A stretch of 64,000 nt of DNA from Chthonomonadales bacterium (GTDB lineage: Bacteria > Armatimonadota > Chthonomonadetes > Chthonomonadales > CAJBBX01). Location: assembly GCA_035477595.1 (NCBI GenBank), contig DATIKM010000038.1:7050-71049 (forward strand), given 5' to 3'. Of this stretch, positions 1-8,884 are shown one piece after another. The position numbers and the translations under genes are program-made. A model generated the notes under the pieces. That model was not told where the DNA came from and made no database searches. It was given only the letters and a program-made list of their open reading frames with translations. How positions within the stretch are numbered: the stretch's first letter is position 1; every line of letters begins with the position of its first letter.

Positions 1-1
1 G

Positions 2-1012
2 CGTGAGGTGTGGCGCGTTCCGAACGGGCGCGCCTGGACCGGGTCCTACCCGGGTTCCCGCTCCAGCCTGACCGCCGCCCACGGCCGGTTCTTCCACAAG
101 AACGCGCACGGCCGGGTGGTGTGCCTGGATCCCGCCACCGGCCGTGAGATATGGGCCGTCGACGTGGCCGAGCGGTTCGCGGCGGGCAACATCGAGTGGG
201 GCCGGAGCGAGTCTCTGCTCGTGGACCGCAACCGGGTGATTGTGACGGTGGGCGGCGAGCGGGCGCTGGTTGCCGCGCTCGACGCCCGCACCGGAGCCAC
301 GGTCTGGACCACGCCCGCGCTACGTCTCGGCCCCTCCGAGCCGCCTCGGTTCATGCGGGTGCCGGCGCCGGTGGGCCAGGTAGATGGCCCGTCCTACACA
401 TCGCCTATCCTGGTCACCTTCGCGGGCCGACGGCTGATCGTGGGCTGCTCGCTGCGCCACGTCTTCTGCGTGGACGCGGAAACCGGCGAGTTGCTCTGGA
501 CGCGCCCCATGCCGACCCGGTTCAGCGTGATCGGCGTCACGCCCGTGCTGGTGGGCAACTCGATCTTCGTGACGGCGCCGGACGGGGACGGCGGACGGCT
601 CCACCGCCTCGTCGCGACCGGTGACCAGATCGACGTGCGCGAGGTTTGGACGACGGAGCTCAACACGTGCCACGGAGGGGTCGTGGCAGTGGGCGATGCC
701 ATCTACGGCCCCCTCTACCGACGACGCGGGTGGGTCCGTCTCGACGTCCGCACGGGTGCGGTCCGCTACACGCTTGACAACCTGGCGTATGGCGCGGCCA
801 AGTGGGCCGATGGCCGGCTCTACGCTCTGGCGCAGGATGGCGAGATGGCGCTGCTCAGGCCCGGCCCAACCGCTTTCGAGGTGGTGGGGCGCTTCCGTGC
901 CACTCCATCCAGGCGCGGCGACACCTGGGCGCACCCGGTCATCCACAACGGCCGGCTCTACCTGCGAACGGACGACACGCTCACATCCTATGACATCAGG
1001 GCTCCCAGATAG
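2..1012 (+). CDS. PQQ-like beta-propeller repeat protein (BamB/PQQ-dehydrogenase-like fold); 5' end probably outside the window
   Basis: The frame is open from the window edge, and the first in-window start is GTG at 8. Blade motifs recur (VVCLDPATGREIWAV, LVAALDARTGATVWT, VFCVDAETGELLWT, LYLRTDDTLTSYDI). There is no signal peptide at the in-window N-terminus. GC3 is high. Confidence 0.7.
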   Translation, partial: REVWRVPNGRAWTGSYPGSRSSLTAAHGRFFHKNAHGRVVCLDPATGREIWAVDVAERFAAGNIEWGRSESLLVDRNRVIVTVGGERALVAALDARTGATVWTTPALRLGPSEPPRFMRVPAPVGQVDGPSYTSPILVTFAGRRLIVGCSLRHVFCVDAETGELLWTRPMPTRFSVIGVTPVLVGNSIFVTAPDGDGGRLHRLVATGDQIDVREVWTTELNTCHGGVVAVGDAIYGPLYRRRGWVRLDVRTGAVRYTLDNLAYGAAKWADGRLYALAQDGEMALLRPGPTAFEVVGRFRATPSRRGDTWAHPVIHNGRLYLRTDDTLTSYDIRAPR

Positions 1013-1336
1013 CCCGACCGTGACGCGACAGGCCCGACCGCGCTCCGCCGGCAGCACATCTCGCGAAGCAAACCCGCGTGGTGCGCCGCCGGCGGTGCGC
1101 CTGTCGGTGCCCGAGCCGGCGCGCAGCCCCGCCGCCACCGCCGACGCATTGCGTTAGCTGCCTCTGAAGGACTACGTGCCGCGAGCGGCGCAAGGGCAGC
1201 CACCACCTGGTACCCGCGGCCCGAGCGGTTCGCCAACCGAGGCGAAGCGGCTGCGGCCCCTGTGGCTCTACGAGTTCGGCAGCCGGACAGTGAAGCGCAG
1301 CCGGGCAGGCGCCGGACGCAGAACGGAGGCACGTCG

Positions 1337-4300
1337 ATGAAGCTGCGAACTGCGGCCGTCGCCCTCGCGCTGGCAGCCGCCGCGTCGCGCACGGAGGCGG
1401 ACATGATCCAGTACCACGTGGCGCCGAACGGGAGCGACCACTGGACGGGCCGGCGCGCCACGCCAAACGCCTCGGGCAGCGACGGCCCCTTCGCCACGCT
1501 GGAAGCGGCTCGGGACGCGGTGCGTGCCTTGCGCCAATCGCGCGGATGGCCGAAGAGCGGCGTCACGGTATGGCTGCGTGGAGGCGTGCACGTGCGCAGC
1601 GAGCCGTTCGTGCTCACCGACGCCGACTCTGGCGTGCAGGGCGCCCCGGTCATCTACCGCGCCGCTCGCGGCGAGCAGGTGCGCGTCTCCGGCGGTCGCG
1701 AGGTGCGCGGATGGAGCGAGGTGCGCGACCGCGCGACGATCGAGCGCATCGACCCGGTGGCCCGCCCCCACGTGCGCGTGGCCGACCTCCGCGCGCAGGG
1801 CATCGTGGACTTCGGCGCGCTCCAGCGCCGCGGCTTCGGCCTGGGCGGCGCAGCCGCACTCGAGGTCTTCTACGACGACGAGCCAATGACGCTCGCGCAG
1901 TGGCCGAATGGCGCCTGGTCCTCCATCACCGGTGTCCCCGACGGGCAGCACGGCGGACGCTTCACCTACGCAGGGGACTGCCCCAGGCGTTGGCGCTACG
2001 TGTCGGACGTCTGGGTGCACGGATACTGGACCTACGACTGGGCCGACACCTACGAGAAGGTGGCATCGCTCGACGCCGGGGGGCGCATCGTGGCGACACA
2101 ACCGCCCCACGGCGCCTACGGCTACACCGCTGGCAAGCGCTTCCGGTTCCTCAACGTGCTGGAGGAGCTCGACACGCCGGGCGAGTGGTGGCTCGACCGA
2201 GCCTCTGGCCTGCTCTACTTCTGGCCGCCATCGCCGATCGAGATCGGCCGCGCCGTCGTCTCAATGGTGGCCGGTCCGCTGGTCGACCTGCGAGGGGCGA
2301 GCTGGGTGCAGTTCCGCGGCCTGACGTTCGAGTGCGGCCGGGGCGACGCGATCCGCGTGGTGGGCGGCGAGGGCGTCGAGGTCGCGGGATGCACGGTACG
2401 CAACATGGGCGCGAGCGGCATCACGGTACAGGCGGGCCTTCGCCATCGGGTGGTGAGCTGCGACCTCTACGGCTTGGGGGAGAGCGGCATAATGCTCTCT
2501 GGCGGGGACCGCAGGCGGCTCGAGCCGGCCGGGCACGAGGCAGTTAACAACCACATCCACCACTTCAGCCGCACATGCCGCACCTATCGCCCCGCCATCG
2601 GCATCCAGGGCGTCGGTAACCGCGCGGCTCATAACCGCATCCACGACGCACCGCATAACGCGATCCTGATGGGGGGCAACGACCACGTCGTCGAGTTCAA
2701 CCATATCCATGACGTCTGCCGGCAGACGGGTGACGCCGGCGCCGTCTACATGGGCCGCAACATGACGATGCGCGGCATCGTCATCCGCCACAACCACTTC
2801 CACGATACCACGCGGCGCATCGGCGGCAGCGAGGGCTTCCTCGACGTGCAGTCCGTCTATCTCGACGACTGCTTCTCCGGCGTGACGGTCTACGGCAACC
2901 TCTTCGTTCGCGGAGGTCGCGCCGCGATGATCGGCGGCGGCCGGGACAATGTCATCGAGAACAACGTGTTCGTCGACTGCGCGCCCGCCATCCACGTGGA
3001 CTCACGCGGGATAGGCTGGGCAAGCTTCTGGTTCGACGGGCGCGACCCGTTCATCATAGACGGCCTGAGGGAGGTCGCCCACGACCAGCCGCCCTACTCG
3101 ACACGCTATCCGCAGCTTGCCACCCTCCTCCAGGACGAGCCCGCAAAGGCGAAGGGCAACGTGATCGCGCGCAACATCCGCGTGGGCGGCACCTGGCGCG
3201 AGCTCCTCGACGGCCTCGACGACCGCACGGTGCAGTTCGTCGACAACCTGACGGAGGGCGATCCGCGGTTCGTCGACCGCGTGCGCGGCGACTGGCGGCT
3301 GCGGCCTGACTCACCTGCTTGGCGCCTTGGGTTCAGGCCAATCCCCATCGAGCGCATGGGCCTTCAGCGCGACGCCTTCCGCTCCCGCCCGCCGTCGCCC
3401 GAGGTCCTCCGCCCGAACCCCGAGCTGCCGGATCCCTTTCTGCTGCCCGACGGCTCCCGCATGGCCACCCGCCGGCAATGGTCCGCGCAGCGCACGCGTC
3501 TGCTTGAGCAGGCGCTGAGACACCAGTACGGCCCGCTGCCCCCTGCCGGCAGCCCGCTGAGGGTCCGCGAAACGTCCTCCTCAACGCCGCCGGGCGGACC
3601 CGTAGTGCGCGACTTGCGCCTGACCGCTGGGCCCCGCGAGGGCGTCACCTTCAGCGTCACGCTCACCGTGCCCGCGGGAAGGGGACCGTTCCCCGCCATT
3701 GTGTGTGGTGACCGCGGATGGGGCCGCATCGCGCCGGAGATCGTCGCCGAGGTCGTACGCCGCGGCTACGCCTTGGCGGAGTTCAACCGGGAGGAGGTCG
3801 CCCCGGACGGCCCGGCGCGCGCCGGAGTCTACGCCCTCTGGCCCGACTACCGGGGCGGCAGACTGGCGGCGTGGGCGTGGGGCTTCCACCGCGTGGTGGA
3901 CTACCTCCGCACCCTCTCGACCATCGACGCGAGGCGCATCGCGGTGACGGGTCATTCGCGGGGCGGCAAGGCCGCGCTGCTGGCGGGGGCCACGGACGAG
4001 CGCATTGCGCTCACCTCGCCGAACAACAGCGGGTGCGGCGGAGCGGGGTGCTACCGCATCGAGGGCGCGGGCAGCGAGACTCTCGAGGCGATCGTGCAGC
4101 GCTTCCCCTACTGGTTCGCTCCGGGCTTCGCGCGCTTCATCGGCCGAGTGCAGGAGCTGCCCTTCGACCAGCACACGCTCACGGCAGCAGTCGCGCCGAG
4201 GGCACTCCTATCCACGGAAGCGCTGGGCGACCTGTGGGCCAACCCCCTCGGGTCGCAGGTGACCCATCAGGCCGCGCGCGAGGTCTACCGGTTCCTTGGA

Positions 4301-4489
4301 GCGGAGGAGCAGATCGGCATCGTCTTCCGGCCCGGCGAACACCGTCACGCGCTTGAGGACTGGCGCGCGCTGCTCGACTTCGCGGACTGGCGCCTGCGAG
4401 GCTCAACCCCCGCCCGCGCGTTCGACCGGCTCGCCTTCCCGGACGCGCCCGCCGGCAGGTTGTGGAAGGCGCCGGACAGGGCACGATAG
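1337..4489 (+). CDS. Secreted fusion protein: right-handed parallel beta-helix domain plus C-terminal CE15-like glucuronoyl esterase domain
   Basis: ATG at 1337 lies 8 nt after GGAGG. Signal peptide is MKLRTAAVALALAAAASRTEA. Beta-helix turns are rich in N/H/D (NNHIHHFSR, NRIHDAPHNAILMGGNDHVVEFNHIHD, IRHNHFHD). The C-terminal ~350 aa (about 3410-4486) carry LPDPFLLPDGSR, the nucleophile motif VTGHSRGGKAAL and a distal PGEHRH, as in bacterial CE15 esterases. Confidence 0.8.
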   Translation: MKLRTAAVALALAAAASRTEADMIQYHVAPNGSDHWTGRRATPNASGSDGPFATLEAARDAVRALRQSRGWPKSGVTVWLRGGVHVRSEPFVLTDADSGVQGAPVIYRAARGEQVRVSGGREVRGWSEVRDRATIERIDPVARPHVRVADLRAQGIVDFGALQRRGFGLGGAAALEVFYDDEPMTLAQWPNGAWSSITGVPDGQHGGRFTYAGDCPRRWRYVSDVWVHGYWTYDWADTYEKVASLDAGGRIVATQPPHGAYGYTAGKRFRFLNVLEELDTPGEWWLDRASGLLYFWPPSPIEIGRAVVSMVAGPLVDLRGASWVQFRGLTFECGRGDAIRVVGGEGVEVAGCTVRNMGASGITVQAGLRHRVVSCDLYGLGESGIMLSGGDRRRLEPAGHEAVNNHIHHFSRTCRTYRPAIGIQGVGNRAAHNRIHDAPHNAILMGGNDHVVEFNHIHDVCRQTGDAGAVYMGRNMTMRGIVIRHNHFHDTTRRIGGSEGFLDVQSVYLDDCFSGVTVYGNLFVRGGRAAMIGGGRDNVIENNVFVDCAPAIHVDSRGIGWASFWFDGRDPFIIDGLREVAHDQPPYSTRYPQLATLLQDEPAKAKGNVIARNIRVGGTWRELLDGLDDRTVQFVDNLTEGDPRFVDRVRGDWRLRPDSPAWRLGFRPIPIERMGLQRDAFRSRPPSPEVLRPNPELPDPFLLPDGSRMATRRQWSAQRTRLLEQALRHQYGPLPPAGSPLRVRETSSSTPPGGPVVRDLRLTAGPREGVTFSVTLTVPAGRGPFPAIVCGDRGWGRIAPEIVAEVVRRGYALAEFNREEVAPDGPARAGVYALWPDYRGGRLAAWAWGFHRVVDYLRTLSTIDARRIAVTGHSRGGKAALLAGATDERIALTSPNNSGCGGAGCYRIEGAGSETLEAIVQRFPYWFAPGFARFIGRVQELPFDQHTLTAAVAPRALLSTEALGDLWANPLGSQVTHQAAREVYRFLGAEEQIGIVFRPGEHRHALEDWRALLDFADWRLRGSTPARAFDRLAFPDAPAGRLWKAPDRAR

Positions 4490-4546
4490 GAGCACGCGCG
4501 ATGTCCGCAGCCCGAGCCGCGCCCGGGCTCCGATAGCCAAGGAAGC

Positions 4547-6502
4547 TCAGTGGAAGATCTGGTAGGTGGGGACGTTCCAGATCACGCCGATGAGCGACCA
4601 GATGCCCGCGGAGGTGTAGTCGCCCAGAACGATGCCGAGAAAGAACGGAAGGGCGGCGCGGTAGAGCCGGAGCCCACCGTAGCGCAGCAAGAGCAGCTTC
4701 GACGCCCAGGCGATGAAGAAGGGCATCCAGAGCCACACCAACCATGGGCCGATGCAGTAGCCAAGCGGGTGGAACGGGAACCACGTGAAGCGGGCGCGCA
4801 TCCATGCCATGAAGCCCATGCCCAACGACGCGCCCGCCACCGCTACCCAGCGCCCGGGCTCCGCGTCGAAGCCCGCACCGATGCCCAGTTCCATGAAGCT
4901 GAACGTCTCGGTAACGGTCCACGCCGCGAAGCCACGGCACTTCGCGAGCGCCCCTTCGCCATAGAACACATGCAGGCAGGCCCACATGCCCGCTATGGTC
5001 GCCACCGCGTAGGCCGCCAGCATGGGCCAGACCAGACGGCGGAGCGGAACGTGGTGCTCCTGCGCCATGCGGAACGCCTCGAGTTGGCTCGGCATCACGT
5101 GGCTGCGGTTAAGGCGCCAGTACCAGTGGCTCAAGCCCGCCGCCGCGATGTTACTGGCTCCCAGCGCCTGCGAGTCGAAGAGCCGGAACACGCGCATCGG
5201 CTCGAGGTCCCACACCGTGTGCTGCCCTCCGGCCTCGGCCCGAACACGCGTGATGGCGAGGGAGAGGAGGAGGTAGCTTACCAGCACCACGACCACCCAC
5301 CCGGGGCTCATGCCGGCCTGCCACCAGAAGACGAAGAAAACGGAGCACCCCACCAGGAGCCCGATCAGCGCCGTGCGGTACGACATCGGCTCGCCCTCGT
5401 CGCGCCGGTCGCCGCGCCATGCCGTCGCGACTGCGTCACGAAGATAGCCCCGCATGATCCACAGCAGGTAAAGGGCGAACGTCAGCCAGGCCCCGATGCA
5501 TTGCTCGGACAGGTATGGGAAGTCCGGCGTGTCGCCGTGGCCCAGCCAGTAGCCGATCACGGACTGCGTCTTCAGGAAGAGGAAGAAGAACCAGCAGGAG
5601 AAAGCCACGTCGAGCGGCACCAGGAACGCCAGGCCGATGGCGAACGGGTAGAAGGTCACCGCAAGCGGCTCCATCTCCGCCAGGGCCGGGCTGGTGAAGT
5701 TGAGCCACTGGGCCCGCGTCTGCAGGTGCGGCAGCGAGGGGTACCACTCGTGCAGGCCGTTCAGCGTGTTGAGGGCCATCACCAGGGCGAAGCCGATCCA
5801 CAGCCCGCGCGAGCAGATGGTCGCCCCGGGCCGCGGCTCCTCGACGAGTGCGAGCGGCAGCCGGATGATCGGGAAGGAGAGCCGCGTCTGCTCGACCCAC
5901 GCCTTCCGGATCAGCACGTTCACGCACAGCATGGTCAGGCCGACGGAGAGGATGAAGATCGACCAGAACCCGAGCGGCGCCGCCCACATCCGCAGGACCT
6001 CCCACCGGTATAGGCTCGCTCCCCCGGTGAAAGCCCCCGCGAGAAGCTCCTTGTCCCACACGTACAGCCACTTCGGCAGGTGCGGGAAGAGGACCGTCTC
6101 CCAGTTGTTGCTGGCGTTCGCCGACCACCTCGGCCAGCCGATGACCGACATCAGGTTGATCAAGAAGTCGTGCGTGGCGACCGTGCACGACATCACCAGC
6201 ATGATGTAGATGGTCAGGAGCTCGGCCGGAGAGAACGCCCAGTGCGGCCGGGCCCGCCGAAGGTGCAGGTTCCACCCTGAGAGGGCCAGCAGGAAGACGA
6301 CCGGTGTGACGAACAGCGGGTTCAGCGTGAGAACGTTGTACCAGCGCAACTCGGCGAAGATGACCCAGTAGACGTTGAGGGGTACCAGAGCCAGCCCAAG
6401 CGCGATGGCCCGGGCGCGGAGGACTGCCGGCCGCGCAGGCGTGGCGGTCGGCGGCGCCGCGATCGGCGAGGGGGCGGCAGGCGGGTCTGGGCGGATTGCC
6501 AT
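4547..6502 (-). CDS. Large polytopic membrane protein of unknown function (650 aa)
   Basis: A Pro/Ala-rich N-terminus is followed by more than 12 hydrophobic segments (ALGLALVPLNVYWVIF, LFVTPVVFLLALSGW, LLTIYIMLVMSCTV, GFWSIFILSVGLTMLCV and others). Aromatic/Trp content and GC3 bias are typical of a real membrane gene. I recognise no catalytic motif. Confidence 0.75.
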   Translation of the reverse strand: MAIRPDPPAAPSPIAAPPTATPARPAVLRARAIALGLALVPLNVYWVIFAELRWYNVLTLNPLFVTPVVFLLALSGWNLHLRRARPHWAFSPAELLTIYIMLVMSCTVATHDFLINLMSVIGWPRWSANASNNWETVLFPHLPKWLYVWDKELLAGAFTGGASLYRWEVLRMWAAPLGFWSIFILSVGLTMLCVNVLIRKAWVEQTRLSFPIIRLPLALVEEPRPGATICSRGLWIGFALVMALNTLNGLHEWYPSLPHLQTRAQWLNFTSPALAEMEPLAVTFYPFAIGLAFLVPLDVAFSCWFFFLFLKTQSVIGYWLGHGDTPDFPYLSEQCIGAWLTFALYLLWIMRGYLRDAVATAWRGDRRDEGEPMSYRTALIGLLVGCSVFFVFWWQAGMSPGWVVVVLVSYLLLSLAITRVRAEAGGQHTVWDLEPMRVFRLFDSQALGASNIAAAGLSHWYWRLNRSHVMPSQLEAFRMAQEHHVPLRRLVWPMLAAYAVATIAGMWACLHVFYGEGALAKCRGFAAWTVTETFSFMELGIGAGFDAEPGRWVAVAGASLGMGFMAWMRARFTWFPFHPLGYCIGPWLVWLWMPFFIAWASKLLLLRYGGLRLYRAALPFFLGIVLGDYTSAGIWSLIGVIWNVPTYQIFH

Positions 6503-6610
6503 GCACGTGAGAGCCGTGTCCGACGACCGGTCCGCGCGATGGGCACAGCCAAGGTGTCCGGCCGCTCGAAAGCGTCCTGCAGAACGACGCGACAGGCGGC
6601 CTCGCGGTGG

Positions 6611-6811
6611 CTAGTCTGGCATCCTGCTAGGCACGGGCACGGTGGGCTGCGTCGGCGTGGTGAACGAGCCTGGCGGTGGAGGACCGGCCCCGCGCAGCGC
6701 GGGCGGCGGGGTCTCCACTGCGGTCCACATTCGCACGCCCAGGACGACCACCACGGCGAGCGCCACCGCAATGATCAGGGCCGCCACCGCAGGGCTCACC
6801 TGTGTTCTCAT
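6611..6811 (-). CDS. Small single-pass membrane protein with Pro-rich tail (66 aa)
   Basis: ATG at 6811 is preceded by GGGGGA about 9 nt upstream. One clear TM segment (AVAALIIAVALAVVVVLGV) is followed by a PPPALRGAGPPPPG tail. GC3 is high. It lies about 108 nt upstream of, and co-oriented with, the large membrane protein. Confidence 0.45.
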   Translation of the reverse strand: MRTQVSPAVAALIIAVALAVVVVLGVRMWTAVETPPPALRGAGPPPPGSFTTPTQPTVPVPSRMPD

Positions 6812-6868
6812 ATGACCGTTCCCCCTGATCGCGTGGGTACGCGCGCTATGGGTGGCGCTCCGGCTGCA

Positions 6869-7159
6869 CTACGGCGCGCACCGTCCAGCGCGGCGAGCGA
6901 AGTGCTCGGAGCGGCGCCGAACGCCCCGGCCTGGACGATCCGCTACCGGGCGGCCATCCGGCAGCGTGACGACCAGGAGCTCCGGCAGGGCCGTGCGCGA
7001 GTCGCCACCCACGAGGGCGTCAATGCCCGGCACAGTGGCCGCCAGCGCCCGATCGCCATGGGCGCCGATATGCGTAACGGCGACGCGCACATCGCGAACC
7101 GCGGCAAGCGCTGCTGCAAGGGCTCGACGCGTCAGGCGACAACCCCTGAGCTGCTGCGA
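6869..7159 (-). pseudogene. Relic of a calcineurin-like metallophosphoesterase (5'-nucleotidase-type) gene
   Basis: This open frame has no good start. It reads ...LAAVRDVRVAVTHIGAHGDRALAATVPGIDALVGGDSRTALPELLVVTLPDGRPV. That matches the 'vialsHlG...D..lA..vpGIDvivGGHSHt' block of 5'-nucleotidases, but the GGHSH histidines are replaced (GGDSR). The N-terminal metal-binding half is absent. Confidence 0.35.
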
Positions 7160-7744
7160 TCAGCCCACCTGATCGTAACGGAAGCAGTGCACGAAGTGGT
7201 CGTTCACCATGCCGGTGGCCTGCATGTGCGCGTAACAGATGGTGGATCCCACGAATGTGAAGCCACGCTCGCGCAGGTCCTTGCTCATCGCGTCAGAGAT
7301 CGGCGTTCTCGCGGGGACCTCCCGCCAGGAACGGAAGGCGTTCTTCACCGGCCGACCGTCCACGAAGCGCCAGAGGTAGGAGTCGAACGAGCCGAAGGCC
7401 GCCTGTACTTCCAGGAAGCGCCGCGCGTTGTTGATCGCCGAGGCGATCTTCAGGCGGTTCCGCACGATCCCCGCGTCGCCGAGCAGCCGCGCCACGTCGG
7501 CGTCGCCGAACGCCGCGACCTTCTCCGGGTCGAAGCCCGCAAAGGCGGCGCGATATGCCGGTCGCTTCTTTAGGATGGTGACCCAGCTCAGCCCCGCCTG
7601 CGCTCCTTCGAGCACCAGGAACTCGTACAGCAGCCGGTCATCATGCAGCGGCACGCCCCATTCGGTGTCGTGGTAGTCGTTCAGCACGGGGTCCCGACCC
7701 CAGTCGCACCGGACGATGCCGGGGCTCCCTTCGCCGTTCGCCAT
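7160..7744 (-). CDS. tag: DNA-3-methyladenine glycosylase I
   Basis: Full-length Tag-like sequence (194 aa): CDWG..DPVLNDYHDTEWGVPLHDDRLLYEFLVLEGAQAGLSWVTILKKRPAYRAAF, and a C-terminal ICYAHMQATGMVNDH. Confidence 0.92.
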   Translation of the reverse strand: MANGEGSPGIVRCDWGRDPVLNDYHDTEWGVPLHDDRLLYEFLVLEGAQAGLSWVTILKKRPAYRAAFAGFDPEKVAAFGDADVARLLGDAGIVRNRLKIASAINNARRFLEVQAAFGSFDSYLWRFVDGRPVKNAFRSWREVPARTPISDAMSKDLRERGFTFVGSTICYAHMQATGMVNDHFVHCFRYDQVG

Positions 7745-7745
7745 G

Positions 7746-8624
7746 TCAGCGCAGGCTCGGGAACCCGCCCGGCAGACCGCCAGCTGGCAGACGCGGCAGT
7801 CCGATGCTGTCCACGCTCACCTTCCACTGGCCATCGACCTTGCGCAACCTCACCTCGGAATCGTCGGTACGCGTGTTGCCCATAGCGGTGATGGTGACCG
7901 ACGCCCTGACCGTCGCACTGTCCCCATCGATGGTCGCTTCGGCTACCGTGTATTCCCCCAGGTCGAAGTGACCGCCGATGACAGCCATTGCCTGCAGGAA
8001 GCGCTGCTCGGTGAGTTGCGCCCTCATCGGCTCGGGAAACTCGACCAGGCTGTACACAGTCTGCCAGTCCTTGGCCTGGATCGCCGCGAGCGCTCTCTCC
8101 GTCGCAATGACAGGCTGCCGCTTCTGCCAGTACGTCCACCCGAAGACGCCGCCACCCGCAAGCACGAGCACGAGTAAGATGGCAACGATGATGCCCGTGG
8201 CGCGGGACCGCCCCGGCGCCGACTCGCGCCGCGCAGGGATGCTGAAGCCGCCCGGGCGGGTCGGGGAGTACGAGCTCGGCGCCGCGCCAGGCTGGAGGTT
8301 CGGCACGCCGGGGGCGCCTGGCACGCCTCCGGGTAGGTGGGTGGCAGCGCCGTCGTCGATGACCTCCCCCGTCAGCGTGACGCGGCGTCCGGGACCGGGC
8401 GGAGGCGCTAGCACGTCGCCGGCGGCAGGCGTCCGGCCGGCCGATGGACGGCTTGCCAGCGGAATCGGTCCGCCGTGGGGCTGAGCCGGAGCCTGGGGAG
8501 CCGCCTCCCCGGCTGGCGGGGTCGGAGCGTCGAGCGGTTGCGCCGGAGCCAGCGGAGCGTTGCAGGCTGGGCAGGCGCCCTCATCCGCGGGCGCCTCGGC
8601 ATTGCAGCGCGAGCACTTCGCCAT
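7746..8624 (-). CDS. Zinc-ribbon / Pro-rich linker / TM / NTF2-like (DUF4878-like) membrane protein
   Basis: I prefer the start at ATG 8624 (MAKCSRCNAE), which is preceded by GGAGGAAGGAAGG. Domain order is a CxxC...CxxC zinc ribbon, a Pro/Ala-rich spacer, a TM segment (IIVAILLVLVLAGGGVFGW), then a C-terminal domain with the pattern DWQTVYSLV...TVRASVTI...VRLRKVDGQWKV. The stop lies 1 nt before the tag start. Confidence 0.7.
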   Translation of the reverse strand: MAKCSRCNAEAPADEGACPACNAPLAPAQPLDAPTPPAGEAAPQAPAQPHGGPIPLASRPSAGRTPAAGDVLAPPPGPGRRVTLTGEVIDDGAATHLPGGVPGAPGVPNLQPGAAPSSYSPTRPGGFSIPARRESAPGRSRATGIIVAILLVLVLAGGGVFGWTYWQKRQPVIATERALAAIQAKDWQTVYSLVEFPEPMRAQLTEQRFLQAMAVIGGHFDLGEYTVAEATIDGDSATVRASVTITAMGNTRTDDSEVRLRKVDGQWKVSVDSIGLPRLPAGGLPGGFPSLR

Positions 8625-8884
8625 CGACCGATCCCTTCCTTCCTCCACGCTTGGCGGGCGCCTCGCGATTGGGTACTCGCTTACCCCTGCGACCGACTCA
8701 GAAGCCGGTACATGCAACGTGTTGCACGCAGCGGTTTGGCACAGAAACTGCATTCATCATGCGGTGTATGCGCTGCCAAGATCGATGCGCGGCGCCAGGG
8801 AGGCGGGTCTATGCGGTTGGGCAGTCTGCTCCGATTGGTGCGCATGTTGCGCCTGCGGTTGCACATCCGCGCGATGGTCTGGGT

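Noticed and set aside
4550-6013. 487-aa plus-strand ORF
   Set aside because: It lies exactly antisense to the well-supported polytopic membrane protein gene. The product is a run of R/E/H/P/G-rich low-complexity sequence. This is a typical high-GC shadow ORF.
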